Assembly: GCA_965153455.1 (NCBI GenBank)
Contig: OZ234494.1
Span: forward strand, 11,284,001 to 11,348,000
DNA from: Sphagnum compactum
Lineage: Eukaryota
Length of the DNA: 64,000 nucleotides
Direction of reading: 5' to 3'
This document shows, piece after piece, positions 25,328-38,100 of the stretch. A program made the position numbers and the translations under genes. How positions within the stretch are numbered: position 1 is the stretch's first letter; each line of letters begins with the position of its first letter. The notes beneath the pieces were generated by a model. The model was not told the origin of the DNA. It searched no databases and saw only the letters and a list, made by a program, of their open reading frames with translations.

Positions 25328-26789
25328 TCTGCCACGAATGCAGGTTTCTGGGGGATTTTTTTTTTTCCTGGTAGTCTATATAGTATATCTTCTACAAGAT
25401 GCAGCAGTGGCTTGGATGCAGTGTTGTGGGTTGTATGTTGGATCCTGATGTTGGGTTCTTTAATGAATCATCAATGAGTTGTGCGTAAATTTTTCTTTTG
25501 CAGTCATTGAGTTGAAGATGAGTTACCTATTGACTAGGGTTTTGTTGAGCCTGAAGAGGCTAGGTGTTAATTGAAGGGGGCATGCTGTCTTATGGTGGCC
25601 CCAGTATCTGATTGACCAGATTGTAGGCTTCAGGGTTTGTTGTCCCATTTGTGCCTCAGTGAGAGGTGAATCAATGATTGAAGCTATGATCTCACCTATT
25701 GCTCAAATTTCTGAAAATCCTAATCCCCACAATACAGGATGGGCTTGTTTCCACCTGTGGTTTTGCCCAGATTTTGGGCAGATTATCCTATAATTATCTA
25801 CTCCACTGTTGGGAGCTGATGAAGTTAATGGATAGTCATGGCAGCTTGTTACTGCCATTCATGATGATAGTGATGGTCTGATGCTTTGTGAGTGGTTCTC
25901 ATAAGGTTATGACTGTACTTGCTGTTGTGTTATCGTGAAGTTGTGGAGATCTCTCTGCAATTTTGTAGATATTTGTTTCCACTTGTTTAGACGTTGCACA
26001 CCAAAATGATGGAATGGAATGGGTTGTGGTTGAATGTTGTGGTGTGAGTTGTAGGAGAATATGTATCTGCCCACATCATTCACCACTAAAAGCACATTAT
26101 GGTGATGGTGATTAAGTCTACAAATCAATAAGACACTAAATTCCTCATGGATGCAAAATATATATGTGGTTATGTAGTTGTCCAATGCCTGTGTGAAGAA
26201 TGGAGAACAAGCGGTGCTGTAAATCTTTCTTCTGTGATCTTTGAAAGAAAGCATTGGATATTTGAAATTTCAGGGATGTCAGAAGAATAGTGTACAAAGG
26301 TGAAAATTATTGGGGGCAAACTAAAAGTTGACCATAGAATGACGTGTGATGTTATATGAAATGGTGTAAACTGAGGTTGATGGTCTAAGATTTTGCAAGG
26401 TAGACAGTAGAAGCACCAATTTCTAATGATATAGTTTAGGGGCTTTCTTTCCTTCATGGTTTTCCTCAATCTACAGGAACCCGAAATCAAATCTGTCTAT
26501 TTGAAGAGTGTGAAATGGCAAATTACCAAACCAAATTTGAGCAAGAAATGTGACAAAGCATGATCGGAGTGGAATACAGAATGCGATTACACTTTCTAAA
26601 AAGCATGTAGGGGCTAGTGTTACCTCTCCTATATATGGGAATTGTGGGCCTAACTTTGGATCATTGTGTGCACTGTTCATGGGGGCATTATGTGCTGAAA
26701 TGTCCACTGTTTGAGGGGAATTATGTTTGTAAGGCCTAGTGAACACTGGCTTTTCTTATTCTGTTACTAGTTGTAACAGATACTTTTGC

Positions 26790-26949
26790 AGGGCAAGGCT
26801 CCTCATTTTGGGCATTATTATGGCTCTAAATTTGGGGCATAATGGTTGTAAGCTCTCTGTATCCTTGGGGTTACCAGCCTTGAGTATAGGTAGCACCCAG
26901 GTAAAAGGAGCTTACAACCATAAAGTCCTCAATGGGGGAGCCTTACCCT
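26790..26949. mobile_element. MITE-like short inverted-repeat element
   Basis: Terminal inverted repeats agggcaaggctcctcatt / aatgggggagccttaccct enclose a perfect 14-bp inverted repeat atggttgtaagctc / gagcttacaaccat, with more internal pairing. Confidence 0.6.
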
Positions 26950-28651
26950 ATACCAAGTCTTTCACAGAAGTGAGCAGTCAGAGCAGGGAGAAAGTGATGT
27001 CATTGTCCGAGCAAAACCCACAGTGAGGGAGGTGGATGTGCTTTACTGCTCAATAATAGACAGTGTTGTACACACACATGGGTATCTGAGCATACACTGC
27101 TGAATGCCTCAGGAGTCAGGAGGGCATCCTGGCCCCCATGCTTACTTTCAGGGCAGGACTGGCTTATAGTTGGCTCTCTTCTGTTGTAAAATCTGAAGTC
27201 CAAACTTCCATACTGATTAACAATTGTGGAGTAATAAATATTTTAGTGGAACTATTGATGAGTGCTGTATCACGGTACTTCACGGTACTTGACCACAGTG
27301 TTCACAGATAGGGAAGGGTTATATTTTACACAAAGAGATGAATTTTGGGACATTTCACTCTTATTACAGCTACCATTCTAGCCCACATTTCTGGATCTGC
27401 TCTGTTCAGGAGAACCAGGAAGGAAATGCACAATGAGAAAGAAAAAAAAAAGTGTGAACAATCAAACTAAGGGAGAATCCACATGTAATTCCAGTCAGAT
27501 ATAGGGATTTGAAAACAGATCTTGACTCCATAAGTTCCAGGAGGAAAACCTGACATCCATGATGCAAATGCACCAGGCAACAATGTATGAGCAAAAAAGA
27601 GAATGGACAACACATCAAATGATATTGATATGGAAACCTGGACCCAAAATAAAAAAAACTCTTGCCTGAAAAATATCCATGGGAACCAACCATCTCCACA
27701 GTTCAAAATCACCTGAATCACACACTCACAAATTATTCTTACTTTGTGTTACTTGTGACTTCATGACCAATATACTAATCATAATTGTCATCTTGAGGGT
27801 TGATTCTGCCCTTCACTCTAAGCTTCTTAGGGTCAAACTGTGCTTTCAAATGCATGCCACCAGCACATAGAACATCTTGAGGTTGAGCAAAGAGATAACA
27901 AAGTTCTGAATGATGTGGCAGAATCTCTCCCAAAGTGCCAATTACATGAGATAATGGGCATTGATCAGACCCCCCTTGCAGACACCCGCTGCTCCACTCA
28001 GTCCTCCCAATGGCCATCACCTAATAATCCTCAATGAATCTGGTGGCTTCATCACTCACTGAAACAACTGAAGAATATGTATATGGTGGAGTTCATCACC
28101 CATGATGGTAAATGAAATTGGGCTTCATTGCTTGATTATGTTTCAATTGTGAAAGTTGGAATTTGCTGCTGCCATGAATCCATATTCAATACTAAGTATG
28201 TTGCAAAAGTGAATGAATCATGATGCAATAAAATAAACAAAAGCTCCGCAGTACATACATACCTTCTTGTGGCATCTGATTAGAGCTTTCAATCTTCTTC
28301 TTCTGTCGCCGCAGTTTTTAATTATTTCTGTGCTCCCTCCCTTCCCCCTGGGCTCTCTTGTTTGCTGCATTAACACATGCTCAAACAAACCAAAAAAAGT
28401 TTCAAGTTCGAAAACCTAACCTTAGAGTGAATGCAAGCAAGCATCCATACAACAGACGGACAGACAGATGACAAACAGTTGTGTGGATGCAGCAACCAGC
28501 CTGGTGTGGGGATCAAATCAGCCATAATTGTCATCACATGCGATCTGCACAATCTCAAAATCTCTCCCTCCATTAACAAATGCCCATTCAAGTGAAATGA
28601 AATGGATCCCATGGCCAAGTCCCTTATCCATTGATCTAATCACTTCCCACC

Positions 28652-28653
<2 letters not shown>

Positions 28654-28703
<50 letters not shown>

Positions 28704-28720
28704 AACAAACAAACAAACCC
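28654..28720. repeat. Compound microsatellite (CT)n(CA)n(AAAC)n
   Basis: Directly visible. Confidence 0.9.
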
Positions 28721-29252
28721 TAAACCCACACACAGAAACAACAAGAGCAGAAGAAGAAGCAAAGTGCTTCTGGCTTAAATACAGCAAGTCAGTGAAACAG
28801 GGCTATGCATCGGATCCTAACTTTTCCTTCTGTGATACTGTCTGTCTGTGTTTGCCATATAAGAGACAGACACAGACCCAGAGAGAGAGAGAGAGGAGCT
28901 TGCTGAAGAGGAGATGGAACAGACGTACAGCAGCGAGGTGGCCAAGACTGGAGCTTGACGTCGACGACGTCGATGGATATCGTGGATGAAGTTAGACTAA
29001 AATCAAACTCTCTTGCTCTTTCTCTTGGACGTAGTCATCCGGGAAGGGGTGTTATTCATCCGTAATGAGACGAGAGAGAGAGGAGAGACACACACACAGG
29101 GGAGACGTGCGTTCTGCGCGAGTGTTGTTGCTGCGCTCTTGGGGGGGAGCATTTTCCTCTTCCTCGAGTGAGCGTTGCTGGTGCTGATCTTTTGATTGTT
29201 TTTGTTCTCTTTCTTTTCCTGCGTCGGAAGGGCGGCGGGGGGATGAGAAGAG

Positions 29253-30572
29253 ATGGAGTTGTTGTGGCCGTTTTTTATTTGTTTTCTCATGGTAACTTCT
29301 TTTGTGGTGCTCGGGATTGCAATTCTATGGCGCTATGAAGGGGGTAAGGTGTCAGGTCCACGGCTGGAGCAGCTGCAGGATCCAAGTCTCGTCGGAATTT
29401 TGCCTATCGGTTATCTTTGCAGGGAGGAGTTATGGATGGCCTGCGGAGGAGCCGTGAAGGCTGAGCTTCTGCTCGCATTCCGAGCTTTTGTTGTCGCGTA
29501 TCTGCTGCCGCAGTTGCTGTACAATATCTTCAAGGACGGGGTTTACGTTTTCTTCTTCTATACTCAGTGGACTTTCACCTTGCTGATCTTGTATTTTGCA
29601 TTGGCCTTACGAGCGAGTGTTGATCATTTCGTGAACCAACATTACTACTGCAATCGCAAGCCTGCGAGACTCGTGCCTCCTGATTTCGGAGACGACGACG
29701 ATGAGGAGCAGAAGATACTTAGGGAGGAGGAGGATGACGCTGTCCAAAGATCTGGCGTCAAAAGCCTTCTGCAGAACGGCAAGGATCACCGACAGCAAGA
29801 GAAAGGGCAATTGCCATTTGCTCGAGGAAGAGGAGAGAAGGTAGAAAACGCAGGTATTTTGCAGTTTCTCTCTTCTCTTACACAAGCGTTGTAGGATCAT
29901 CAGAGACTTGCTCGCCTTGCTGCTGTTCTCTCGATGCAGCGATGTTACGTAGTACTGCGGTTTTCTACAAAAGCAGCAGCAGCAGCAGCATCTGTTGTGT
30001 GGGGCAAAGGCGAACTTAGCAGGACGTATGAGATGCTTGCGAACTCGATCTGTCATTGCACATGTTGTGGTTTTGTTCGTGAGTCTGAATTGCACTTGGA
30101 TCTTTCTATTGTCGCAGGAGTTGCAGGCTATGTCACGCAAGCGGTTTTCCAAGCGGTTTTTCCTGCTGTGTTGCTCACAGATATGGTATACTGGGGTGTG
30201 CTAGTGCCGTTCGTGCTGCCGAAGGGCAGCGTCCACACTTTCATCGATCTGAATATGCACGCTGGAAACGCTCTTCTCCTCCTTACCGAGTTCGCCTTAA
30301 ACAGCCTCCGATTCCCTTGGTTCCGCGCCGGCTACATCATCCTCTGGAGTGCTTCTTACACATACTTCCAGTGGACTCTCTTCACCATGGGACTGAGCCA
30401 TAAGTGGCCGTATCCGTTCATGAATGTCGAGACCCCCTGGGCTCCAGCTTGGTACCTTTTCATCATCGTTTTCCATGGGATCTGTTTTGCATTGTGTCTT
30501 CTTCTTGCCCTCGGAAAACAGAGCATCTGGTCTCGATTCAATTTTCCAACCATACCGAGGATGAGTTTCTGA
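29253..30572 (+). CDS. Multi-pass membrane protein, FAR-17a/AIG1-like ('rolling stone'-like) plant family, 351 aa (exons 29253-29853, 30118-30572)
   Basis: Motifs FFYTQWTFTLLILYF, AVLLTDMVYW, MHAGNALLLLTEFALNSLRFPWFR and WPYPFM are typical of this plant family. A phase-1 GT-AG intron at 29854-30117 joins the two ORFs in frame, for 1056 nt total. Confidence 0.88.
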
Positions 30573-33500
30573 TCTCCATTTGTGTACACCAAAAAACTTG
30601 TTTTTTCAATCCCCTCTCCTCATGACCAACTTGCTTTACACAGGAGGTTCATGGAACCTCCCCTTCCCCCCCATGTAATATTTGCTGCTGGTTCAAGCTC
30701 ATATTTCTCCTGGTGGAACTTGATTTAGGGTTTTACTCACAGGTTTTGAGCAGAGGTCTGCAAGCAATTCTCTTCTTTCTTTACCCTCTGCAACAACCAG
30801 AATTAGGTATTTCTTTCTTCACAAGCTTCAACAAGGCCTGCAAGCTTTGCTGATCATATCCTTTTCTACAGAGCCAGACATTGGCATTTTTTTCCCTCCA
30901 AGCTCATGTGTCTGCCCCCCCTTCCATGTAGCTGGATTGATGCATTTTTCAAAGGTTACAACAAAGCAGCATGCTATAGTTTCTACCCCAAGTCCTGATA
31001 GTTCACCAGTTCTCTGTTGACAACTACATCTAGGTAGTCCTCCTCCTAGCTAGGTATTCTTGAGGTACATTCTGACTTTCAGCCAGAATTCATAGTTTAT
31101 TTTAAAGAACTTCCATGCAGCAGAACTGAGGCATTTCTTCAACAAATCCTGTAAGGTTTGCTTATGTAGCTTTCTCTATAGAGCCAGAAATTGGTTTTCT
31201 GTTAAACCAAAGAGCTCAGTAGGCAGTTTTTCAAAAGAGTTACAGCAAAGCGGCAAGCTCTTGCTGAGATACTTTTCATTATTGTGAAAGTTCTATGAAA
31301 TCTTCCTCGCTATTCTTGAGGTTTGCTTCCATCTCCGTTTACAGAATGACTACTTTCCTCTCCAACTTCATCTAGCTTTTGCATAAGCATCTTGTGTTCC
31401 ATAACAGCTATAGATAGTAGTGGGTACTGCTTTCATGTATTGTTTCTGACAGGTTCTTTGTTGGCATTGCAAGTTTTCAGTGCAAGGTTTGGACATTGCT
31501 ATCATCCATATATATTCTGATTGCCGCTGAAAATTGAATTGAATGGGTGCTTTCACACCTACTAAGCCAGGACACTAGTTACTGGTTCCGATAGGTTACA
31601 GTCCTTTCCACTTGCAGTCAGTGTGTCAGGTGCTGGGTCTTTCCTAATTGCAAGATTATTCACAGATCCCTTTCATAGACTTGAATCTGATGAGGTTATG
31701 TGCACTTGCGATGATTACAGTCATCTCTACCTCTCCTCTCCTCTCCTCTCCTCTCCTCCTCTTGTGTGTGTCTATTGTTGTAAGAGTCCTCTTTATGAAC
31801 CCATAGGAATGTCAATCTGTTCTTCCTATTTTCAGCTTGAGTCTTGACTGCATGTATGTAGTATGAAAGCAAGCCTCTTTCAAAGGAGGTGATTGTGTTG
31901 GAAGGTTCAGAACTTCCACACTACCTGCAGAGAGAAAGACAATTGTGAAGCCAGATTAGCACTGGCAATTTCAAAAATAATGAATCTGTGCCTAACCAGC
32001 CTAGGTACTAGGGCATTTCTCCTGCTAACCATGTCTGCAATCTCTGGGTCCAACAACCAAAAGGAACACAAGACCATACTTGTGGATATGCCATTTTATG
32101 TGTCTCCTCCTTGTTTGTGGGGGTTAAAGTTTTGATGCCTAGAGATGACCCAAGGCCAAAATGAACTATGGTTGGATGAAAAGACAACCCTAAGTTGACT
32201 CTTGGGGAGAAGAATACACATTTGTAATTCATTTTTCAGGACTGTGTATCTAATTCTTTTTCTGACTTTTGTTTGTTGGAAATCATGTTGGGAAACAAAT
32301 GAGGATTGGGAAAATGAGTACCTATGTCATGTTAGTTCATCTCTAATCACCATCAATCATATTGACCCATGTAGTTGATGGCTCCCACTAGTGCCAATTG
32401 GCTAAGGGACACTTAATTAGGTGACCTTTATTTGGTCTCTCTTATTTGTTCATATCAATAAATTTGTAGCCACCATCAACAACCTCTTCAATCCAAAATT
32501 TGCCATTCTATTGGTGCATTCACACTCGATGTTAAGTCAGTGTTAAATGAAAATCTAGATGGCATCCTAGGTGGCACCCCGTGTTAAATGGGCGATAGCT
32601 TAATGTTAAGTGAAAGTTAGTTTAACATAAAAAATTTCATGATAACTAAGTTTAAGTCCTAAATGGCTAAGCATGGTGTTAGGGGACTCAACATTATAGT
32701 CCCTATCCACAAATTCCTTTAGGGATGCATCCATTTTAGATTTTAGGGACTTTTGAAAATAATAATTTGCCAACTAAATATGATTAAATGGCTATTCGGC
32801 CAATATGGTTGCAAGGGGACCACATGTAAAGAGATGTTGTCGACAGGATGAAGTGCAATTTCTTAAGAAAATTAATGGGTTAAAAACAAAATTGCTGAAA
32901 AAATATATTGCTAGGTGGTTCCTTTTGACCCTATAGAAGTGTGCTTACAAAACTTCACACCAATTTCACTTTAAAGGAAAAAAAATACATGCCATTATCT
33001 TGGGTTGATAAACAAGATTACCCTATGAACTAAACACAACAATGGATGACCTCAAAATATACTAATGTTGCAAATGGTTATAAATTCAACCTCCAAATGA
33101 AGCAATGCCCATAATGTCAAGAAAAAGGGTTTCGGTCACACTAGCTCCATGTAACATTCAAGTTTTTCAACTTATTCCAAACTCCATGCTTCCCTTTTGC
33201 TCAAAGCCTTAGTTATACCATGTGAATTACTTTATATTGAAATGCAACTAATTTAGGTTCTTGAAATTGTGAGTACCTGCAAGCTTCACATGCCTTAAGT
33301 ATGACTTATTAAGATCCATGTTAAGGACTTAATTTACCTTTAAACCCTTGAACCCATGGGCTCACCATTTGGGTGAAAATGTGTTTTAATGGTCATGAAG
33401 TCAACAAAGACATAAAACAAAACATGTAGGTGTGATCTTGTCCAGGTTTAACCGCATCAACGACTCAACGTTGCAACTTGCAACTAGGGAGACAATAGAG

Positions 33501-34599
33501 ATGATCCTAATTCTTAATGGCATGTTTTATGACATTAAGAATCAAATGTCGTGCATACCAAATGTTCTCATTAAATGAGTAGCCTACATGTTTATGCTCC
33601 AGGACTCAAAACTAGAACCATGGCTCCCACAACTTACCATATCACAGTTAGTGATACAAGTTTCTTACGATATGGTTTATGGAATAAGTCATATTGTCAT
33701 GAATTGTGAGTCTTAGGGAGCAAATTTTTGTTTTCAAACACAATATCAAACACTGAAACTTGAAGTTATGCATTGAAAATAATTAACATGAAATACACTT
33801 TGCATACTTACTTCATATGACATCAACAACCTTTTCCTAGCCTTTGGAAGACTTAATAAAAAAAACTCAAGTTTGAATTTGAATAAACTCGAGCTTTTTC
33901 TTTTTGGTGGAGTTGTATATGAAAGGTTGAAGGGAACAAGTGAAAATGTTGATTACCCTCCAAGATGGTCATGACCAAATGGTCCCCTTGTGCAACCCAT
34001 GGGAGAAACATGCAATCTTTGGTGTGTGATTAAGAAGTTGTCCACACATTGATGAACCTAGTTTCAGTGATATGGATAATCTAAGATGGGCAACAATATC
34101 CATAATTTTAAAAATATCATGCTCAAGTACTTTGAGATTTAAGCACTAGTTTGAAAAACATATTGTCATTTCAACATTTTAATTTGTAACATTTGACATT
34201 AAAAATATTTGGGCACCCAATTAATTTTTTTTTCAAATTTGACAAGTGTGTTAGGTATCATTTTATGCTCATAAATCTTTTGATGACTTGGTTTATTCAA
34301 AGAACATACTTTATTTTATTTGTGGTTAAAATATGGAGCAATTTGAATAAATATTGTTAGTCCTATTGAGTTCATTTCGATAAAATTATGCAGTGAGACA
34401 CAGTTCCTAAGTCATCTTTTAGGACATTTAAGGACATGTTTTAATCATCCAAATCACAAAAGGTCACTACCAAATCAAAACATATGTGAATATCTAATAA
34501 AAAAAAATCTACCAAATAAATTATTTCGTAAATGTAGTGGTCATTCAAAGTAGTGTTTTGACAATGATTTTGGGTTGAGACAATCATGTTGTGTACCCC

Positions 34600-35160
34600 A
34601 ACTGTGTACCCACCTTACCTTTGTCATTCTTTGGTGGCATAATGGAATGTTGGCACTTCACAAGACTAGATTTGCATGTGTTAATTGACATTTCACCCCA
34701 ATGAGGAATTTCATGTAATGTCCATTGTCAAAATTGGTATCATGGTGATTGGATTTGTAAAGTTGTAGAACAATTTGTATTATATCTTTAATACTCATTC
34801 CAAATTCTTGTAATGCTCATATAGCTCCATGATTGCTAATGAATTTAGTTACATTGTGTTTGATGATGTGTCAAAATTTCTTTTCTAATGACCTCATGAT
34901 CATTGCCCTTTTCACCACTCCAATTAGATGATTTTGATTGTAGAGTTCAAAGATTTGGTCACAAAGTGCAAAATTCTTCAAATCATTTCCAATGAACGGA
35001 TCTCATGAAACATGCAAGGAATGGCATAGTTGCACATCTTCATTGGCAATGAATTATTTCCTTGTTTTCCCTCTTGTTGGCATTGAGTCCGTTTTTGCAA
35101 CTATTGGTGATATTAATAGATCCCCTTTAGAAAACTGCATGTGGGTGGCTAATGTTAACA
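34600..35160 (-). mobile_element. PIF/Harbinger-associated Myb/SANT-like ORF remnant
   Basis: Translation RK*FIANEDVQLCHSLHVS*DPFIGNDLKNFALCDQIFELYN...RSLEKKF*HIIKHNVTKF matches the F..EED..LC..WL.VS.DP..GN.Q....FW..I pattern of Harbinger Myb-like proteins. Stops are present. Confidence 0.62.
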
Positions 35161-38100
35161 AAATCACTAAATGAGATCATGGCTACTTTTGGTATCATGT
35201 AGAAAAATGGAGGGCAAGAAAAGAAATTTTCTAAGAATTTTTAAATCAGAGTTTTTGTTGGGGTTGCGAAAACAACATCAACAGTGATATGCATTGGTGG
35301 GCATTCTATTGTTATGATGGAGATGGCATAATTAGAAGTTGCTTTCAAAAGCCATTGGGCTTGATGTGAAAATGTAATATGGTGGTGGTTGTAAGGTCAA
35401 ATCCCACCACTTGTAAATCCAATGGTATGCATGAGATGTCAGTAAAGTTTACCACTTGTTATGAGCACAACATTATTGGAATAGAACATTCAAACTAGGG
35501 GTTTTGTAAACTTTGTGAAAAGCTTTTATGGTAGTTACAAATTTGAATTACAATTTGCATGAATTTCATTACAAAATTAAGGAAATTTTTATTGAATTGT
35601 GCCCATATTTGGCTATAATGATCCCTTACTATTCACCACCTAGGCCAATCATTATCATTGGAATGTAACATATTTATAGGACCAAAGTTTCATGTTAAGT
35701 GCAATATTTCATTTGGAAAATATAATTTACATGCCATTTCATTGCTATTGGTGAAATTGCTCTAAGAATAAACACAATTGGTGTGGATTCTTACTTCTTA
35801 CTAAAAATGAAAGCAAGGCATGTTACCTCAACCCAACACTTCATACTTGGTTGGCCATATACATACACCCATTGTCATTAAGTTCAACATCAACATAAGC
35901 TTGCCACCCAAGACTATAGTAGTTGGTGAAAAATCTAAGCTCCAATAATCAAAGCCCATTTTTCAACTTGGGCATAGATTTGTTTTTTGGCAAAATTTCA
36001 TCAAAGTGCAACCAAAAAAATGGAGTGACTTTCACAAAATAAAAATAAAAATTAAAAGAAAATTTGCTAAACTAAATTCTTTAAGAATGAGTAATTGCTT
36101 GCTTGTTCACTCAAATGATGATGAGTGTCACAAAACAGGATAATACTTAAAGTTAGAATTTGCCAAATGGTTTTATATGGATGGGGTGGTCACTAAAAAT
36201 TCAATCCATGTAGGAGTGGCATCACCAAAAGGTTGTTATCCATGGCCATTAAGTTATTCTTGTTTAGTGCAATTTGGGTGCAGTCATAATCAAATGAGCC
36301 AAAAAGCACATCAGGTGACCACCTAAATTCTATCAAAATTGTAATTTTGTTAGATATATTTTTGTGATGCCACTTTAATGCCATGTTAACCATGGAATGT
36401 TGTGATAAATGATTAATATGAATGTCGAAGACTTCAAAAAAAAATACGAAAAAAATTATTTTGGGTTTTGGTTTTAATAAAGGACCTTTGAACTTGAGCA
36501 ACAGTTGCATCACAAGGAGTCAATTTTATAAATTATTAAGCTAAAAAATCTTTTTATAAAATAATTTTGATGAGAAAAAAATTGAGATGATGTTAATTGA
36601 TTATCCACATTAAAAAAATATTCACAATTCGAAAGTTGTGAAATTCAAAATTTTCAAAAATTTAAAATCCATTAAACAAAAATTTAAAATTTCAAGAGTC
36701 CTTTACCACATGTAAATGGGGTGTAATGTACATGACATCTAAAACAAAGTTATAGTTTATGAAACAAGAAAATAAAACATTATACAATTCACATATTTTC
36801 ATACAATTTGAAATTAAAATAATTTTTTAAACGAAACGTAAAATTTGGTAGAATCTATACACTTTTAAAAACTTCTTAGTTATTCATCAAAAGTTAATAC
36901 AAAAAATGTGATGTATTTAGAAAAATATATGTATTTTTAGTAACATATTGCAAAAGCTTTCATCCCAAAAGTCATTTATGTGAGAAAGTGAAAATGACCA
37001 TAGAAAGGACTATAATCCTTGAACCCTTTATCATTGTTGGTTCATTTGATTGTGATCGCACCCATTTAGGTTGTTGGATTCACCAAAAAAATTCAATCCT
37101 ACAATGGATGTTTGCCACCATGTATTAGACTTAATGAGGATTTAGGAATTGAGAGTGGCAAGAATGGAGGTTGCATAACACATTAGCAATTAAGTCCACT
37201 GTCCCTGATGAAGTTTTTTCAAAAGAGTGATGCTTTAGAAATTGAATATGAACTTTGAAGGTGGATCATGGAAAGCTAAGCTTGCAAAAGATTTATCTTT
37301 TTTGGATGATTGAAGGTTCTACAATCCAAGGAAGACAAGCAATCCCATTATCACTAGCCTTGCTTACATCATTAATTACTTTGACAAATACTACAAATTT
37401 GTATTTGTGTTTAATGTTTAATCCTTATTTTTAGTTCAATCCAATTAATGATATAACTTTGCTTATGTATGTAATTCAATTTGCAATATTTTAAATTCAA
37501 TCTTGAAATTCAATTTTAATCCCCATTTTTAGTTCAATATGAAAATTGACTTCATTATGGTGGGCCATCATAATGTAACAAACAATTAGCTTAATCCACT
37601 ATTTAATAATCTACCTCTACAATGATGTTGTAATGATGTTGTAGTTTGTAACCATGAATCTTTGTTTTGTGTATGGAGGCTTTTGAGGGTTTATGATATA
37701 AACGAAGTTCCTAACATTGATGATTTTGCCAAGTAAAGCCAATTTTTTGTCCCCATGATTATTTTTAACCTCTATAAATTTTTTTCTTAGTTCCCATGTG
37801 CACATTTGGTTATGCAAATTTTGGAAGAATGTAAAATCAATTTTTATTTGTAGGAGCATGAGAATGCATTATTGCCTATATCACTTTTTTTGTGAGAACA
37901 ATGTTGTGACAAATCTAGATTTGGAACAACCTAGATAGCCTATAGGGAGGTCAATCAGGGGGGGTTGTAGTTAGAGTAGGTGAGCCTACGGGGTTAGTTG
38001 ATTAAAAATTAAAACTCGTAATTCACCACAATGAGGCTATTAAATGCTTCACTTGTAATACACACTCACAAGTCTCGACCTTTGGGCCACATCTTTTTAA

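Noticed and set aside
27110..27275. TAS3/TAS6-like locus (partial miR390 and miR156/529 site resemblance, tgatgagtgct)
   Set aside because: The matches are short, on inconsistent strands, and lack paired miR390 sites.
29607..30152. 181-aa antisense ORF within the membrane-protein gene
   Set aside because: It is a shadow frame of GC-rich coding sequence and intron microsatellite, with no recognisable domain.
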